A stretch of 64,000 nt of DNA from Minisyncoccota bacterium (GTDB lineage Bacteria; Patescibacteriota; Minisyncoccia; Phycocordibacterales; UBA2100), in contig OZ253947.1 of NCBI GenBank assembly GCA_965267345.1, positions 202,814-266,813 of the forward strand, in the 5' to 3' direction. Positions 9,901-19,322 of the stretch are shown here, piece after piece; position 1 is the stretch's first letter, and the number at the start of each line of letters is the position of its first letter. The position numbers and the translations under genes were made by a program. Below the pieces are notes generated by a model. That model saw only the letters and a list, made by a program, of their open reading frames with translations. It ran no database searches and was not told the DNA's origin.

Positions 9901-11063
9901 AAAAGCGTAGCGGCACAAGGAAAGCACCGCGAATCACGGGACGGTGGCATAATATGGACGAGCTAACGCCCGAACAAGACGTGCGCGCGTACGAGATTGC
10001 AGTGCATAGCGAGCTCAAGCGTCGCGATGAGCTTGATATATCACTGCATGAGGCGTGGCTCAGCAAAAACAAAGAGACGCGCGTCGGCAAACTGTTTAAG
10101 GGTTTTTCAGGAGCTGGCAGTGGTATGCGTTCAGCGATGCGTAAAGGACTTGCAAGAGCAGGGCTTGAGGGGCGATTTGGCATGCGCGCCAATGCTGATG
10201 AGGTGTGGACACACACCTTTAAGATGGCCGCCGAGAATGCAAGTGTTGTAAATCAAATGAATGGAAAACTTGCGCGCCTTCGCGATAAAGCTGAAGCACG
10301 TAAAAAACGCATTGAAGAACTCTTTAAGGATCTCTCGAGAAACCACGTGCTGTATAAATACGAAAAAGCGCGGGAGAAACTCGCTCAAGCTTACAAGTCG
10401 GAGTATCTCTATAAATATGATAAACCGCTCTGGAAGAAAACAATGAATGCCGTTGCACCATTTACTCGTCCCGCTTTTGAGGAAACGGTAAACGCCATCA
10501 CCAAAAAGTTCAAAAAAGAACAGGTGAGCGATGACACGCGGCCATTCGATGCACTCACAGGCTACTTTGATGACTTGGTGGAAAAAATTGCTGCGCAGCA
10601 AGATGAACTGACACCTGAAGTTATTAAAGAGCGTGTTGATGCACTGCTTAAAGCAGCAGAACATACACGAGTTGGTTTTGAAAAAAGTCTCAATGCGACA
10701 TTCGGCACAGGGCATTCAGCGGAAATTACTATCTCTGATACCGGTGAGGGCGCAAAAATGAGTATTGATGTGCAGGGGCCACTGGGTCGTTTCGAGCAGG
10801 AAGCACTGCTCACGCCTGCCATAATGGGCATGTCGAACGATGATAATCTTGAGCGTGCAGCTGGCGCAGGACTCCTCGGTCCGGTATTGTGGAGCAAATC
10901 GCGAAAAAACTTCACATTTAATCCGAAAGACAAACAGATGAAGACGGTACGCGCTAACAAGGCGTTTGTAGATGCGTATATGACGATTTGGGAACAAATG
11001 GAAGAGGCGGCAAAAACCCAACAGGCGGCACAATCTCAAAATGAAGAAGCAACGAATGCGTAA
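6924..11063 (+). CDS. Very large hypothetical protein (coiled-coil regions plus several TM segments)
   Basis: Uninterrupted 1379-aa ORF; no recognisable catalytic motif. Confidence 0.85.
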   Translation: MDGIERGTGAGKTPDGDVEANEQALAREEIHKALEGKGELSDIPATVAKIVEQANERSRGFSPKISSEDLTSVLTSVREAHPEYAAALEQKAERRALEQVISRLYAIDMVGRMRTSATKRFELEVKKAQRQLQSAQTNEEKEEVRKNLETLKNDIEAEHKKFADMERKVRTASIETSVQDILDDAIPDTLGVKDAMGREAIKNTVRFARGAIDKMKNRGKPDAVGFLKTIQGKLPSFYPRRGESDQVKESRETAREVAKDLSIEIAELNEYGDRDIRKQPVYPKTHFRWWHPQEMAARSGIGRAGEWVTSYLETLGLVSAFSYGVATTLDLPPVSLSNNPVGWSALAVATGALLVRQSLAFKSDVEKEALRSKRTLSNKIPVWMFPLRAVASTLETTGIFLKTAAKHPVRASAAGISTWAVGTALTKAILISLQSQAVTEQGVAGHVDAVKQELSQLEDVDGLTPSMKLFDGLIDLSGFVPEGMFGSNQPKERQPGEGLTVTERVENQPDALLHRMQVAIKAEAGDPDAMREAKKWGIPLSGTAGLGPRAVALAQLIGLTLDEARALTGRDDGTIQETSAEVRAGREKIRTFAQSHGLSDYMIEEDMQDPQLVVRALSEQFSDSISDDISEFTSNYDLFFSTINDVTSATTATAFINTLGAGQPTPSPDDVKRAADQLKASARNIQTEYDEYSNKVSDLSRIMGESIKAVYVENNTAGAQFIDVNKIALTPEPLKLDFTNLDRMVADIETTMQEVGVDKRPDAIGDPKAEQTRFEEYMQDAGIRLDNLAEFLSPFNEIETIVALEAGEDLDPEIRDQRVFNKTMQILGMSLAIQFAMLLAVNIPATRRLQRVQEQWGEQNSELITNAEGQIVDFIHKRMNRLIHQAHATINRLEKKHKSVKFAFPYEPVAQSDVRRVLRAVGTEDYIKQNQIMQLLSKGPDIDLSINNRYSNWLFALGDHKNVQTIINELLPGWDDGRRHIEQLQRESGEKPEKRSGTRKAPRITGRWHNMDELTPEQDVRAYEIAVHSELKRRDELDISLHEAWLSKNKETRVGKLFKGFSGAGSGMRSAMRKGLARAGLEGRFGMRANADEVWTHTFKMAAENASVVNQMNGKLARLRDKAEARKKRIEELFKDLSRNHVLYKYEKAREKLAQAYKSEYLYKYDKPLWKKTMNAVAPFTRPAFEETVNAITKKFKKEQVSDDTRPFDALTGYFDDLVEKIAAQQDELTPEVIKERVDALLKAAEHTRVGFEKSLNATFGTGHSAEITISDTGEGAKMSIDVQGPLGRFEQEALLTPAIMGMSNDDNLERAAGAGLLGPVLWSKSRKNFTFNPKDKQMKTVRANKAFVDAYMTIWEQMEEAAKTQQAAQSQNEEATNA

Positions 11064-11160
11064 AGACATGTCGTTCTTTCACGTATTGACAGGTCGTGAT
11101 ACATGACAGTATAGTTTCACTAGAGTGCTATGTTGACTACGTGCTGAAAAGGAGCGCACA

Positions 11161-11511
11161 ATGTCCTTTATCGCTAAGCTACTTGCGTGCACCGTTGCCG
11201 TATTCATCTTCGCAGCTATTCTAGAGCCCAGAATGACGCTCGGAAATGAGATGGTGTTTACCATCGCGGTACTCGCATGGATCATTACCTGCATCGCGGC
11301 GTTGCATGCGTTGGTCAGCGACAGGCATGGCCTCGGCAGAAGTCTCGTATTCGCTGCGCTCAGTGTCACCGCTCTGGGTGTGCTGAGTGAGCATGTGCGG
11401 GAAGCGTGGGGCCATGATCCTCGTGAGATCGTTATCTTCATGGGCTACGCCTACGTGGTGCCTGCCACGATGGCTTACAAGTATCTTTTCTTCTGGCACG
11501 ATACGAGTTAA
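11161..11511 (+). CDS. Four-TM hypothetical membrane protein
   Basis: AAGGAG upstream; hydrophobic pattern; terminator follows. Confidence 0.7.
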   Translation: MSFIAKLLACTVAVFIFAAILEPRMTLGNEMVFTIAVLAWIITCIAALHALVSDRHGLGRSLVFAALSVTALGVLSEHVREAWGHDPREIVIFMGYAYVVPATMAYKYLFFWHDTS

Positions 11512-11526
11512 GTGTGCAGAGAAACG

Positions 11527-11553
11527 AAAAGCCGCGCCCTTCGGGGCGCGGCT
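11527..11553. terminator. Intrinsic terminator between convergent genes
   Basis: AGCCGCGCCC-TTCG-GGGCGCGGCT with A-tract on the left. Confidence 0.75.
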
Positions 11554-11581
11554 AAGTCTATGTCAGTGCGGTGGGTTACTG

Positions 11582-11875
11582 CTACTCATATCCGTCACGT
11601 TCTTGCGGCTCTCCGTCGGGGTCGAGTATATCTTCATTGGCTTCTCGAGCGCGATCCGCTTCCTCTCTTCTGCTGCGGTCTTCATCGCGCCACTCGCGCA
11701 TGATACGTCTATTTTCGAATAGCTTATTTGTTTTCTCGGCACCTCTACGCCCCATACTTTTCTGGGCCGCTTGATCGTCTTTCAGTACCGCTTCTCGTAC
11801 TTTCTTTCTTTGGTTTTCCTTCAATACCCATACCTCTAGTGTAGCAGCGCAGGCTTGTGTCGTCACCCGCAGCAC
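11582..11875 (-). CDS. Charged hypothetical protein (start uncertain)
   Basis: R/E-rich ORF ending just before the terminator. Confidence 0.45.
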   Translation of the reverse strand: MLRVTTQACAATLEVWVLKENQRKKVREAVLKDDQAAQKSMGRRGAEKTNKLFENRRIMREWRDEDRSRREEADRAREANEDILDPDGEPQERDGYE

Positions 11876-11916
11876 GTATACTTACATCTATTACTAGGGG
11901 TTTTAGTAGTGCGTAT

Positions 11917-13044
11917 ATGAAATTCTATACATACTTGCTTGTTGCAACGCTGCTGGTACTGCCAAGTGCAGCAGGAGCGGCAACATTTCAGACAGGTGAG
12001 CAGCCAACAACTGCTCGCGGCGAGGTGATCAATGATGACATCTACATCGCCGGTGGTAATGTCACGAGCAATGCCGATATTGCAGGTGACTTGCTGGCAG
12101 CCGGTGGCAACATTTTAGTAAACAGCCCAGTATCAGGCGATCTGATGGTTGCCGGTGGCAACATCACGGTACTCGGTTCAGTTGCGGACGATCTGCGCAT
12201 TGTTGGTGGCAGCATTGTTATCAGCAGCACAGTTGGCGGTGATGTTATTGTCGGCGCCGGTGACGTGACACTCTCAGGCGAGCGTGTTGGTGGCGACGTT
12301 GCGATTGCTGCCGGTGTGGTACACGTTGACACGCCAATTGCAGGAGACGCACGCATTGGTGCTGGTGAAGTATTCATCAACGCACCGATTGCCGGTGACG
12401 TTGAGCTGCACGCAGACCGCGTGACAATTGGTGAAAACGCTACAATTAGCGGTACGTTGACCTACACTTCACCACGCGAGGCCGAGGTGGCCGATGGTGC
12501 ACAGCTCGGTGTTGTCGAGTACACGGAACGCGCGCAGAAGAGCGAAAAGGGTGGTGCCGCAATGGCAGCACTCGTTTCAACCGGTGCACTGATTGGTGTG
12601 CTGGTGAGTCTCGTTGGGGCACTTGTATTGGGCTTGCTCGTGCGACGCTTCACCGCAGAAACGGTGCGCATGGCAACCGCGCAACCACTTGCACATCTTG
12701 GTTGGGGAGTCGTGGCGCTGATCGTAACGCCAATTGTTGGTATCCTCTTGCTGGTAACCGTCATTGGTGCGCCATTTGGTATCATCGCGCTATTACTCTA
12801 TGTCGTGTACCTGATTCTCAGTAGTTTCCTTGCACCAATTCTGCTGGGAAGTGTACTCTCACGTTGGGTACTCAAGTATGGCGAGTATCGTGTTGACTGG
12901 AAAACCATACTGATTGGTGTGGTTGCGTACGCGATTCTCTCACTCATTCCAATCATCGGATGGATTGCGCAGTTCGGTCTGTTCCTCATTGCACTCGGTG
13001 CAGGAGCGCGTCTCGATCTGAAGATCCTCAAAGAGTGGTGCTAG
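11917..13044 (+). CDS. Membrane protein with bactofilin/polymer-forming-like beta-helix repeats
   Basis: Signal peptide, repeated GDLxxAGGNI units, C-terminal 4-5 TM helices. Confidence 0.82.
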   Translation: MKFYTYLLVATLLVLPSAAGAATFQTGEQPTTARGEVINDDIYIAGGNVTSNADIAGDLLAAGGNILVNSPVSGDLMVAGGNITVLGSVADDLRIVGGSIVISSTVGGDVIVGAGDVTLSGERVGGDVAIAAGVVHVDTPIAGDARIGAGEVFINAPIAGDVELHADRVTIGENATISGTLTYTSPREAEVADGAQLGVVEYTERAQKSEKGGAAMAALVSTGALIGVLVSLVGALVLGLLVRRFTAETVRMATAQPLAHLGWGVVALIVTPIVGILLLVTVIGAPFGIIALLLYVVYLILSSFLAPILLGSVLSRWVLKYGEYRVDWKTILIGVVAYAILSLIPIIGWIAQFGLFLIALGAGARLDLKILKEWC

Positions 13045-13060
13045 GCAAGGTAACAAGCAT

Positions 13061-13104
13061 CACAAAGCAAAAACTCGCTCAGAAGAGCGAGTTTTTGCTT
13101 TGTG
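13061..13104. terminator. Bidirectional intrinsic terminator
   Basis: 20-bp perfect stem CACAAAGCAAAAACTCGCTC-AGAA-GAGCGAGTTTTTGCTTTGTG between convergent genes. Confidence 0.85.
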
Positions 13105-13114
13105 GAGGTGGTGA

Positions 13115-13315
13115 CTACACGCGACTTACGCGTACAGCCTGTGGGCCTTTGTCGCCTTCCGCTACTTCGAACTCAACAGCGTCGCCCTCTTTGATGTCAT
13201 CAAATGAGGCGTTCTGAAGTTCATTTGCGTGGAAGAACAGGTCCTTCTCCTGCCCGTCTGCCTTGATAAAGCCGTAGCCTTTATCCATGATGCGGGCAAC
13301 AGTTCCTTGTTGCAT
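13115..13315 (-). CDS. csp: Cold-shock domain protein
   Basis: RNP1 KGYGFI, RNP2-like LFFH, KGPQAVRV. Confidence 0.95.
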   Translation of the reverse strand: MQQGTVARIMDKGYGFIKADGQEKDLFFHANELQNASFDDIKEGDAVEFEVAEGDKGPQAVRVSRV

Positions 13316-13408
13316 GCTGCAAGAACTAATTCAATAACCAATCAAATAAAAACCTACAAACCAAACTCGACTAGTCTCGCTTCACTTAGGAGTTACTTGA
13401 TTACACTT

Positions 13409-13437
13409 AGTATGAAGTAGTGTTAGTCGGTTGTCAA
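13409..13437 (-). promoter_or_regulatory. Sigma70 promoter of the cold-shock gene (about 85-nt leader)
   Basis: TTGACA-17 nt-CATACT on minus strand. Confidence 0.75.
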
Positions 13438-13440
13438 TGC

Positions 13441-13602
13441 TTACGACACCAGCTTAAGTGCTTCGCCAAGGTAGTACGGCCAAATAATGATGGCGAGTAC
13501 TCCTTGCCCAAAGCTCAGCCCCACGAAGCCAATGGTGAAGAGCCAACCAACAAACCACGTACCACCTGCGAAGGTGTGATGTTCAATGCGTACTTTTTGC
13601 AT
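13441..13602 (-). CDS. Small membrane protein
   Basis: 53 aa, GWLFTIGF...IIIWPYYLG. Confidence 0.7.
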   Translation of the reverse strand: MQKVRIEHHTFAGGTWFVGWLFTIGFVGLSFGQGVLAIIIWPYYLGEALKLVS

Positions 13603-13714
13603 ATGCCGATAGTATAGCACCATTTTGCGCGTGTGATACACGGTGGTTCACATGTGCACGGGTGACATGATAGGGTGAAGGGGAGAGTGAAGGAATACGA
13701 GCTAATTCATTTAT

Positions 13715-14917
13715 ATGCATATGACGTATTTCAAAATCAGTATTGCACTCATTGCCGTTGCGCTCATTGGAGCAGCGGGGGTGTGGTGGTATATGGACAC
13801 GTCGTCTGACGAAGAAGCACCCGACGTTGCCATTACCGCCGAATATGACACTAAGGTTGTGTACGATCTGCAGGCTGACGAAGCAGCTGCGCGCAATGAC
13901 TGTTCGGCGCGTGGTGGTACATTCAATGCGTGTGGCTCAGGGTGTGCACCCGACGCAGCTATTTGCACGCAAGTGTGCACGCCGGTGTGTACGCTCGAAA
14001 CTGAGCGTGGATACACCGATGTGCCCGAGGAGTGGCGCGCCTTTTCTCACGACGAAACACAGCTGCAGTTTCAGGCACCACTTGCAGCAGAAATGAGTAC
14101 TGAAGCGGGTCGAGTGAAGGTGCAGCTACTTGGTCTGAACAATGAGCCGAATACCGAAGTCACTGACGGCATCACACTCACCGCAATGGTTGAAACAGCA
14201 GACGATGACGCTGTCGTTCGTGTCCAAGCAGAAACGGCACTTGCAACGCAAGAGAATGCACCGGCAGGTGGTGAGGTGTTGGAGCCACTGCACACTATTC
14301 CGTTTGGTGATCGCATTGCGTACGCATTTACCGTGCGCTCAGCGCTGGGGAATCCTGTCACCTATGTGTTTGTGCGTGATGCTGCCGATCGTGTGATACT
14401 CCGTGCGACCTATGCAGTGAGCGATCCACGCGACGTTGGCTACGAAAATACAGCGCGTACGATAATTGGCACGTTAACTTATCGCGATAGCGGTGATGCG
14501 CCGGTGCATGAGCGTGTGTCGCTTGCTGTTCTTGATACCGAGCGCGTTACTGACGGAAAAGAGCGCGGGTGCGATTATGTGACGTTTATCTCGCGTGATG
14601 TCGCACCAACAACAGCGCCACTGACTGCAGCGCTGCAGGAGTTGTTTGTCATTGACCAAGAGCGCATTGGCGGACACTTCCACTTTTTAGCACGCACCAA
14701 TGACACGCTCTCATTTGATCGCGTTACTATAACCGATGGCATGGCACGCGTGTACCTCACCGGCGAGCTGAGCGGACTTGCAGGCGTGTGTGACAACCCG
14801 CGTGCACGTATTCAAATAGAAGAAACTGCCCTGCAGTACGAAACGGTTTCAGACGTTGAAATCTATCTCAATGGCGAAGTAACCGATCTCACGCCCGACG
14901 GGCGTGGTGTAGAATAA
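13715..14917 (+). CDS. Membrane-anchored protein with Cys-rich segment and C-terminal GerMN-like domain
   Basis: N-terminal TM; CSARGGTFNACGSGC; C-terminal GVCDNPRARIQIEETALQY..VSDVEIYLNG. Confidence 0.75.
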   Translation: MHMTYFKISIALIAVALIGAAGVWWYMDTSSDEEAPDVAITAEYDTKVVYDLQADEAAARNDCSARGGTFNACGSGCAPDAAICTQVCTPVCTLETERGYTDVPEEWRAFSHDETQLQFQAPLAAEMSTEAGRVKVQLLGLNNEPNTEVTDGITLTAMVETADDDAVVRVQAETALATQENAPAGGEVLEPLHTIPFGDRIAYAFTVRSALGNPVTYVFVRDAADRVILRATYAVSDPRDVGYENTARTIIGTLTYRDSGDAPVHERVSLAVLDTERVTDGKERGCDYVTFISRDVAPTTAPLTAALQELFVIDQERIGGHFHFLARTNDTLSFDRVTITDGMARVYLTGELSGLAGVCDNPRARIQIEETALQYETVSDVEIYLNGEVTDLTPDGRGVE

Positions 14918-14926
14918 TTGCTACGT

Positions 14927-15121
14927 ATGCCCGCAACATCGCAACAGCAACAAATGGCCGCCGGTGCGGCACTCGCCGCAAAGCGGGGCGAGACGCCTGT
15001 GTCGGAATTGCAAGGTGCATCAAAAGAAATGTACGAATCAATGACCGAAGAAGAGCTTGAAAAGTTTGCCAGTACCTCACACGAGGGACTTCCCGAGACG
15101 CGCGATACTGACGATGCGTAA
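14927..15121 (+). CDS. DUF3008-like protein
   Basis: MPATSQQQQMAAGAALAAKRGE...LQGASKEMYESMTEEELEKFAST. Confidence 0.85.
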   Translation: MPATSQQQQMAAGAALAAKRGETPVSELQGASKEMYESMTEEELEKFASTSHEGLPETRDTDDA

Positions 15122-15134
15122 TACTCGTGCACTC

Positions 15135-15695
15135 ATGCAGCGCCTCTGGCGCCATCGTGTGCTCATCGGGGTGCTTTTGCTCTGGGTCGGGCTGGGTGTC
15201 GTATTTCTCTTTACGCCACCGCGCGAAATTGTGCAGGCAATTGGCGTCGAAAACAGCTACTTCGTTACATTTCTACTTGCTGCCGTGGGCGGCGTGTCGA
15301 GCTTTACCGGCACCGCGCTCTACGCGGCGATTGCCACGTTCGCTGCGGGCGGTGCACACCCACTGCTGCTGGGCATCCTCGGCGGTACGGGCATTTTTAT
15401 CAGTAACACCGTCTTTTTCATGTTGGCCCGTTTTGGCAAGCGCTCAGTATCTGATACCTATCAGGCACAATTTGCGCGTATAACGCAGTGGGTACAAACG
15501 CGGGTGCCACGGTGGGCAGCGTTTGCAGGCGTGTATCTCTATCTCGGCTTTTCACCCTTTCCTGATGACCTACTCATGATCGCACTCGTCCTTGCGGGAT
15601 ATCGTTACCGGAACGTATGGCCGCTCTTGCTTGTCGGGGGTATATCAATTGCAACGGTCACTGCATACATCGGAAATATCTGGCCGGTGTTTTAG
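15135..15695 (+). CDS. DedA/VTT-like membrane protein
   Basis: Multi-TM with SPFPDDLLMIALVLAGY; start may be 15114. Confidence 0.7.
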   Translation: MQRLWRHRVLIGVLLLWVGLGVVFLFTPPREIVQAIGVENSYFVTFLLAAVGGVSSFTGTALYAAIATFAAGGAHPLLLGILGGTGIFISNTVFFMLARFGKRSVSDTYQAQFARITQWVQTRVPRWAAFAGVYLYLGFSPFPDDLLMIALVLAGYRYRNVWPLLLVGGISIATVTAYIGNIWPVF

Positions 15696-15718
15696 TTTTT
15701 TGTCGAGATACGCAGAGT

Positions 15719-15752
15719 AAAACCCGAAGTCGCGTGTGCGACTTCGGGTTTT
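15719..15752. terminator. Bidirectional intrinsic terminator
   Basis: AAAACCCGAAGTCGC-GTGT-GCGACTTCGGGTTTT. Confidence 0.85.
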
Positions 15753-15779
15753 CGGGTAGGGAAGGTGCCGATTGGTCAC

Positions 15780-16049
15780 TCACTCGGACGGGTGCTGTTT
15801 CTCGACTGCGCGCGACATGCTCGCAAGCGTATCCTGCCACGAGCGATAATACGGCGTAGGCGAAGTCTTATTTTCGAGACTGCACTGCTTGTGCGCGAGC
15901 GCTCGCTTCAGGTCCGCTGCCTCGTCAGCAGTGATTGTGCAGTCATGCAGCAACGCTGCGTACAGCTTTGCGTCATTGATTTCAGCAGCTTTGAGGGTGA
16001 GTGACTCGACGTAGTCCTTGATCACTTCACCAAACGGTTTTGTACCCAT
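15780..16049 (-). CDS. Hypothetical protein
   Basis: ORF with GGAG upstream of MGTKPF, ending before the terminator. Confidence 0.5.
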   Translation of the reverse strand: MGTKPFGEVIKDYVESLTLKAAEINDAKLYAALLHDCTITADEAADLKRALAHKQCSLENKTSPTPYYRSWQDTLASMSRAVEKQHPSE

Positions 16050-16123
16050 GCAAAGAACTCCATCTTCTCCGGCGTGCATTCGCCAGTGCGCAACTATACG
16101 CAGGTATTAGATGGGTGTCAAAG

Positions 16124-16156
16124 AAAAAGGCCCGACAGGATGATTCCTGTCGGGCC
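16124..16156 (-). terminator. Intrinsic terminator
   Basis: GGCCCGACAGGA-loop-TCCTGTCGGGCC followed by U-tract on minus strand. Confidence 0.75.
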
Positions 16157-16174
16157 ATTGGGATGTTGGTCACC

Positions 16175-16531
16175 TCAGATAGGAAGCGGAAAGCGATTGT
16201 CGAGTGTGGTGTTGATTGCGTGGAGCGAAGACAGTATGCGGTCCCGATGCGGATGCGTGTCCTCGGGGCAGCACACCCAGACCCTTTTGGCTACCTGACT
16301 CAACGCCATGAGGAGCGTATTGGCTTCATCAGGGTCTTCAGGAACCGTTTTCACCATCTCCTCAATTGCGCTGAGGCTGGATAGTGCGGTATCTTCGTCG
16401 CTTGCAACGACATCGAGTATGTTGGCGACGTAGTGAGTCAGCAGCACTCCAGCTACGTCACTCGCTTCTTCTTCCTCATGGGTTCTGTGTGCTACATCAT
16501 CGAGCACTACTCCATTCTCCCTCTCTTTCAC
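16175..16531 (-). CDS. Hypothetical acidic protein
   Basis: 118-aa ORF followed directly by a terminator. Confidence 0.55.
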   Translation of the reverse strand: MKERENGVVLDDVAHRTHEEEEASDVAGVLLTHYVANILDVVASDEDTALSSLSAIEEMVKTVPEDPDEANTLLMALSQVAKRVWVCCPEDTHPHRDRILSSLHAINTTLDNRFPLPI

Positions 16532-16665
16532 ACGACAGAGGATCTGCCGCGATGCAAGAGAATGTATACAAGGTTTGCTGCTGTGTCAAAAGGAATTTCG
16601 TGCATATGGAATACCACCAATGCGTGTTTCCGATCAAGCAGTGTGCTAACGTAATGTAAACGGGT

Positions 16666-17430
16666 ATGAGTTTTGAACACAGTACGCTTGAAGCACACAA
16701 GGATTCTCTGAGGCGTCATACAGATGCAGAAGCGTGGGAGTATATGAAGAGCCGTGTCGACTTCAATGGTCTCCACACTTCTATGCAAAGCGAGCTCTTT
16801 GGCCAACCGCTGGCACTAGAGACGTTGCGTGCGCTTGCGCGTCTTGTGTATGAACTACGCGATCGCCTGCATACGTATGATGCGATAGTGAGTGATGACG
16901 TTGGAGGGCGCTTCCCGAGTAAGCTGCTCTACGAACTGACAAAAAGAAAACGGGACACCTTGAATATTTCGGACGCCCCTGCGCTTAAGTTCGTATCTGC
17001 CGGCCGCCGGCTTATGCATAACGAAACGGCTGTCGAAGCGCATTTTGAAAAACACAAAAAAGATTTGAAAAAAAAGGTTTTATTAGTTACGGAGTATGTC
17101 TTTAGTGGCGATACACTATTTCGCCTGAGTAGCATGCTCGAAGAAACGGGGCTTGAGTGTGATGTTGCGGCAGTGAGTGTTTCTCCATACTTTGATGGGT
17201 GGAACAAAGATGAAGCACGGCTCGTAAATGGAAAACAGAGTATTGTGTACGGAAAAATGATGGATGACAGCAGGGCAGTACTCGACGGTGACCTCACCGC
17301 AGTAAACGTGAATCGATATAAAGCTGACGATCACGCACACCCACAAGTGTTTGAAGTGGATCGCGATGAGGCAGTTGCCGCGCGAAAAGACGTACAAAAA
17401 ATGGTAGAGACGTTCTCAAATCTTTTGTAG
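16666..17430 (+). CDS. Hypothetical protein, phosphoribosyltransferase-like fold
   Basis: DAIVSDDVGGR and VLLVTEYVFSGDTL resemble a type I PRTase PRPP loop. Confidence 0.6.
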   Translation: MSFEHSTLEAHKDSLRRHTDAEAWEYMKSRVDFNGLHTSMQSELFGQPLALETLRALARLVYELRDRLHTYDAIVSDDVGGRFPSKLLYELTKRKRDTLNISDAPALKFVSAGRRLMHNETAVEAHFEKHKKDLKKKVLLVTEYVFSGDTLFRLSSMLEETGLECDVAAVSVSPYFDGWNKDEARLVNGKQSIVYGKMMDDSRAVLDGDLTAVNVNRYKADDHAHPQVFEVDRDEAVAARKDVQKMVETFSNLL

Positions 17431-17481
17431 AAACCACGTGTGGCATTGTACACACTGCTGGTAATGCTATATTGCGGCATC

Positions 17482-18738
17482 ATGTCACACAGCGAAAAAA
17501 CATACGACGTATTGGTCATTGGCGGTGGTGCGTCGGGTATGCTGGCTGCCGGCCGTGCCGCCGAGCGTGGAAAGCGTGTATTGCTTCTGGAAAAAAACAA
17601 GGAGCTCGGAAAAAAGCTCGCCATCACCGGCGGCGGCCGATGCAACATTCTCAACGCCGAAGAGGATACACATGCGCTCTTGGAGCACTACGGCGACGCC
17701 GCTAAGTTTTTGCATTCACCATTTTCACAACACGGTATGCGCGATTCGTGGGAGTTTTTTGAAGCACAGGGACTACCGCTCGTTGTTGAGGCACGCAAAC
17801 GGGCCTTTCCTGCATCGCAGCAGGCGCCTGATGTGGTGCGTACACTCAAGCGCTACATGGCGAGTAGCGGCGTTGACGTACGCCTCGGCGTGCACGTCAC
17901 CGGTCTTGTTGTTGACGATGCGGGGCGCATCACCGGCGTTGAAACACCACAGGGGAGCTACCATGCAGCACAGTATATTCTGGCGACCGGTGGTGCATCA
18001 CATCAAGAAACCGGCTCAACAGGGGAGAGCTTTGCGTGGCTCAGCGCCCTAGGGTATACCATACATGAGCCCAATCCCAACATTGTGCCACTCGTGACCG
18101 AGGAGACGTGGTCTGCGCGCGTGTCCGGCACAACATTGTCATTTATGAAAATTACGTTTGGTGTCGACCGAGAAAAGCGGCAGCGCTTCTCGCGCACCGG
18201 CAAGATTCTCTTTACCCATTTTGGTATTTCAGGTCCGCTGGTGCTCAATGCGGCACACGATGTGAAAAAACTACTGCACGATGGTCCCGTTGTTGCACAC
18301 ATTGATATGTATCCCGACACCGACAGCGGTGCACTCCGCCGTCGCATACTGACCGTCTTCGATCAGCACAAAAACAAAGAGGTACGCAACGCACTCAAGG
18401 AATGCGTGCCACACGGCATGAGTGATGCGGTTGCTACACTGCTACCGGATGAGCTCTGTACCCGTCGTGTGCACAGCGTCAGCAAGGAAGAGCGTGAGGC
18501 ATTTGCCGACATGCTTAAGGCTATGCCGCTGACCATTATCGATACCATGGGCATGGACTGGGCAGTTATCTCAGACGGTGGTGTTGATCTGTCACAGGTC
18601 GACACTAAAACCATGCGCTCGCGGCTGCACGACAATTTTTTCTTTACGGGCGACGTACTGCACGTTAACCGCCCGAGTGGCGGCTACTCACTCCAATTGT
18701 GCTGGACGACCGGCTGGGTTGCCGGCTCGCACGCGTAA
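17482..18738 (+). CDS. HI0933/BaiN/YhiN-family flavoprotein oxidoreductase
   Basis: GGGASG, GKKLAITGGGRCN, ILFTHFGISGP, GGYSLQLCWTTG. Confidence 0.93.
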   Translation: MSHSEKTYDVLVIGGGASGMLAAGRAAERGKRVLLLEKNKELGKKLAITGGGRCNILNAEEDTHALLEHYGDAAKFLHSPFSQHGMRDSWEFFEAQGLPLVVEARKRAFPASQQAPDVVRTLKRYMASSGVDVRLGVHVTGLVVDDAGRITGVETPQGSYHAAQYILATGGASHQETGSTGESFAWLSALGYTIHEPNPNIVPLVTEETWSARVSGTTLSFMKITFGVDREKRQRFSRTGKILFTHFGISGPLVLNAAHDVKKLLHDGPVVAHIDMYPDTDSGALRRRILTVFDQHKNKEVRNALKECVPHGMSDAVATLLPDELCTRRVHSVSKEEREAFADMLKAMPLTIIDTMGMDWAVISDGGVDLSQVDTKTMRSRLHDNFFFTGDVLHVNRPSGGYSLQLCWTTGWVAGSHA

Positions 18739-18745
18739 GTACTTG

Positions 18746-19222
18746 TTACGCTTCAAGTACGCGACGTGACCACACGCTCTCATTTTCCTCGTAGCCCGTC
18801 GCGTAGTCAGTCCAGCGCAGATACGTTGGTGTAATGCGAATGAGCACAAGCTCGCCATCTTTAATGCGAGAGAGAGGTGGGTAGTATTCCGTATTTCCTA
18901 TGTGTACTTTTGACAATGCGGTACGTACGCGCACCATGTCGGTGTCGTCAGTGATGACATGCGCTTCGCCCTCCAATTGCACTGTTTTCGGTGTGTCGTC
19001 GGCGGCAACCGTAAAGGCAACGTGTGGATTATGCGCGATGTTGTTACTCTTCCGGGTCCCACTGCGCGTGGCGAATACAATAGAGAAGTCATCCTCGACA
19101 ATATAAAATACGATTGCGACTTGCGGCATGCCATCTTTCGACAGTGACGCAATGCATCCAGATGGGTTGCTTTCGAGAAACGCAAACGCCTCTGGACACT
19201 GCTCTTTATTTTCAATAGCCAT
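18746..19222 (-). CDS. Pyridoxamine 5'-phosphate oxidase-like FMN-binding protein
   Basis: IASLSKDGMPQ...FATRSGTRKSNNIAHNPHVAF...VQLEGEA. Confidence 0.85.
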   Translation of the reverse strand: MAIENKEQCPEAFAFLESNPSGCIASLSKDGMPQVAIVFYIVEDDFSIVFATRSGTRKSNNIAHNPHVAFTVAADDTPKTVQLEGEAHVITDDTDMVRVRTALSKVHIGNTEYYPPLSRIKDGELVLIRITPTYLRWTDYATGYEENESVWSRRVLEA

Positions 19223-19322
19223 ATGCGGCAGATTATAGCACACGAATGAGCAGTACTGTGATGCCTGAGAACTCCACGATATCGGCTGTTCCAACGGAGA
19301 CAGCTTGCTATACTGTTAGGGA

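Noticed and set aside
12030-12450. Periodic GGTGAC/GGTGGC repeats
   Set aside because: Protein-level beta-helix repeats in the bactofilin-like gene.
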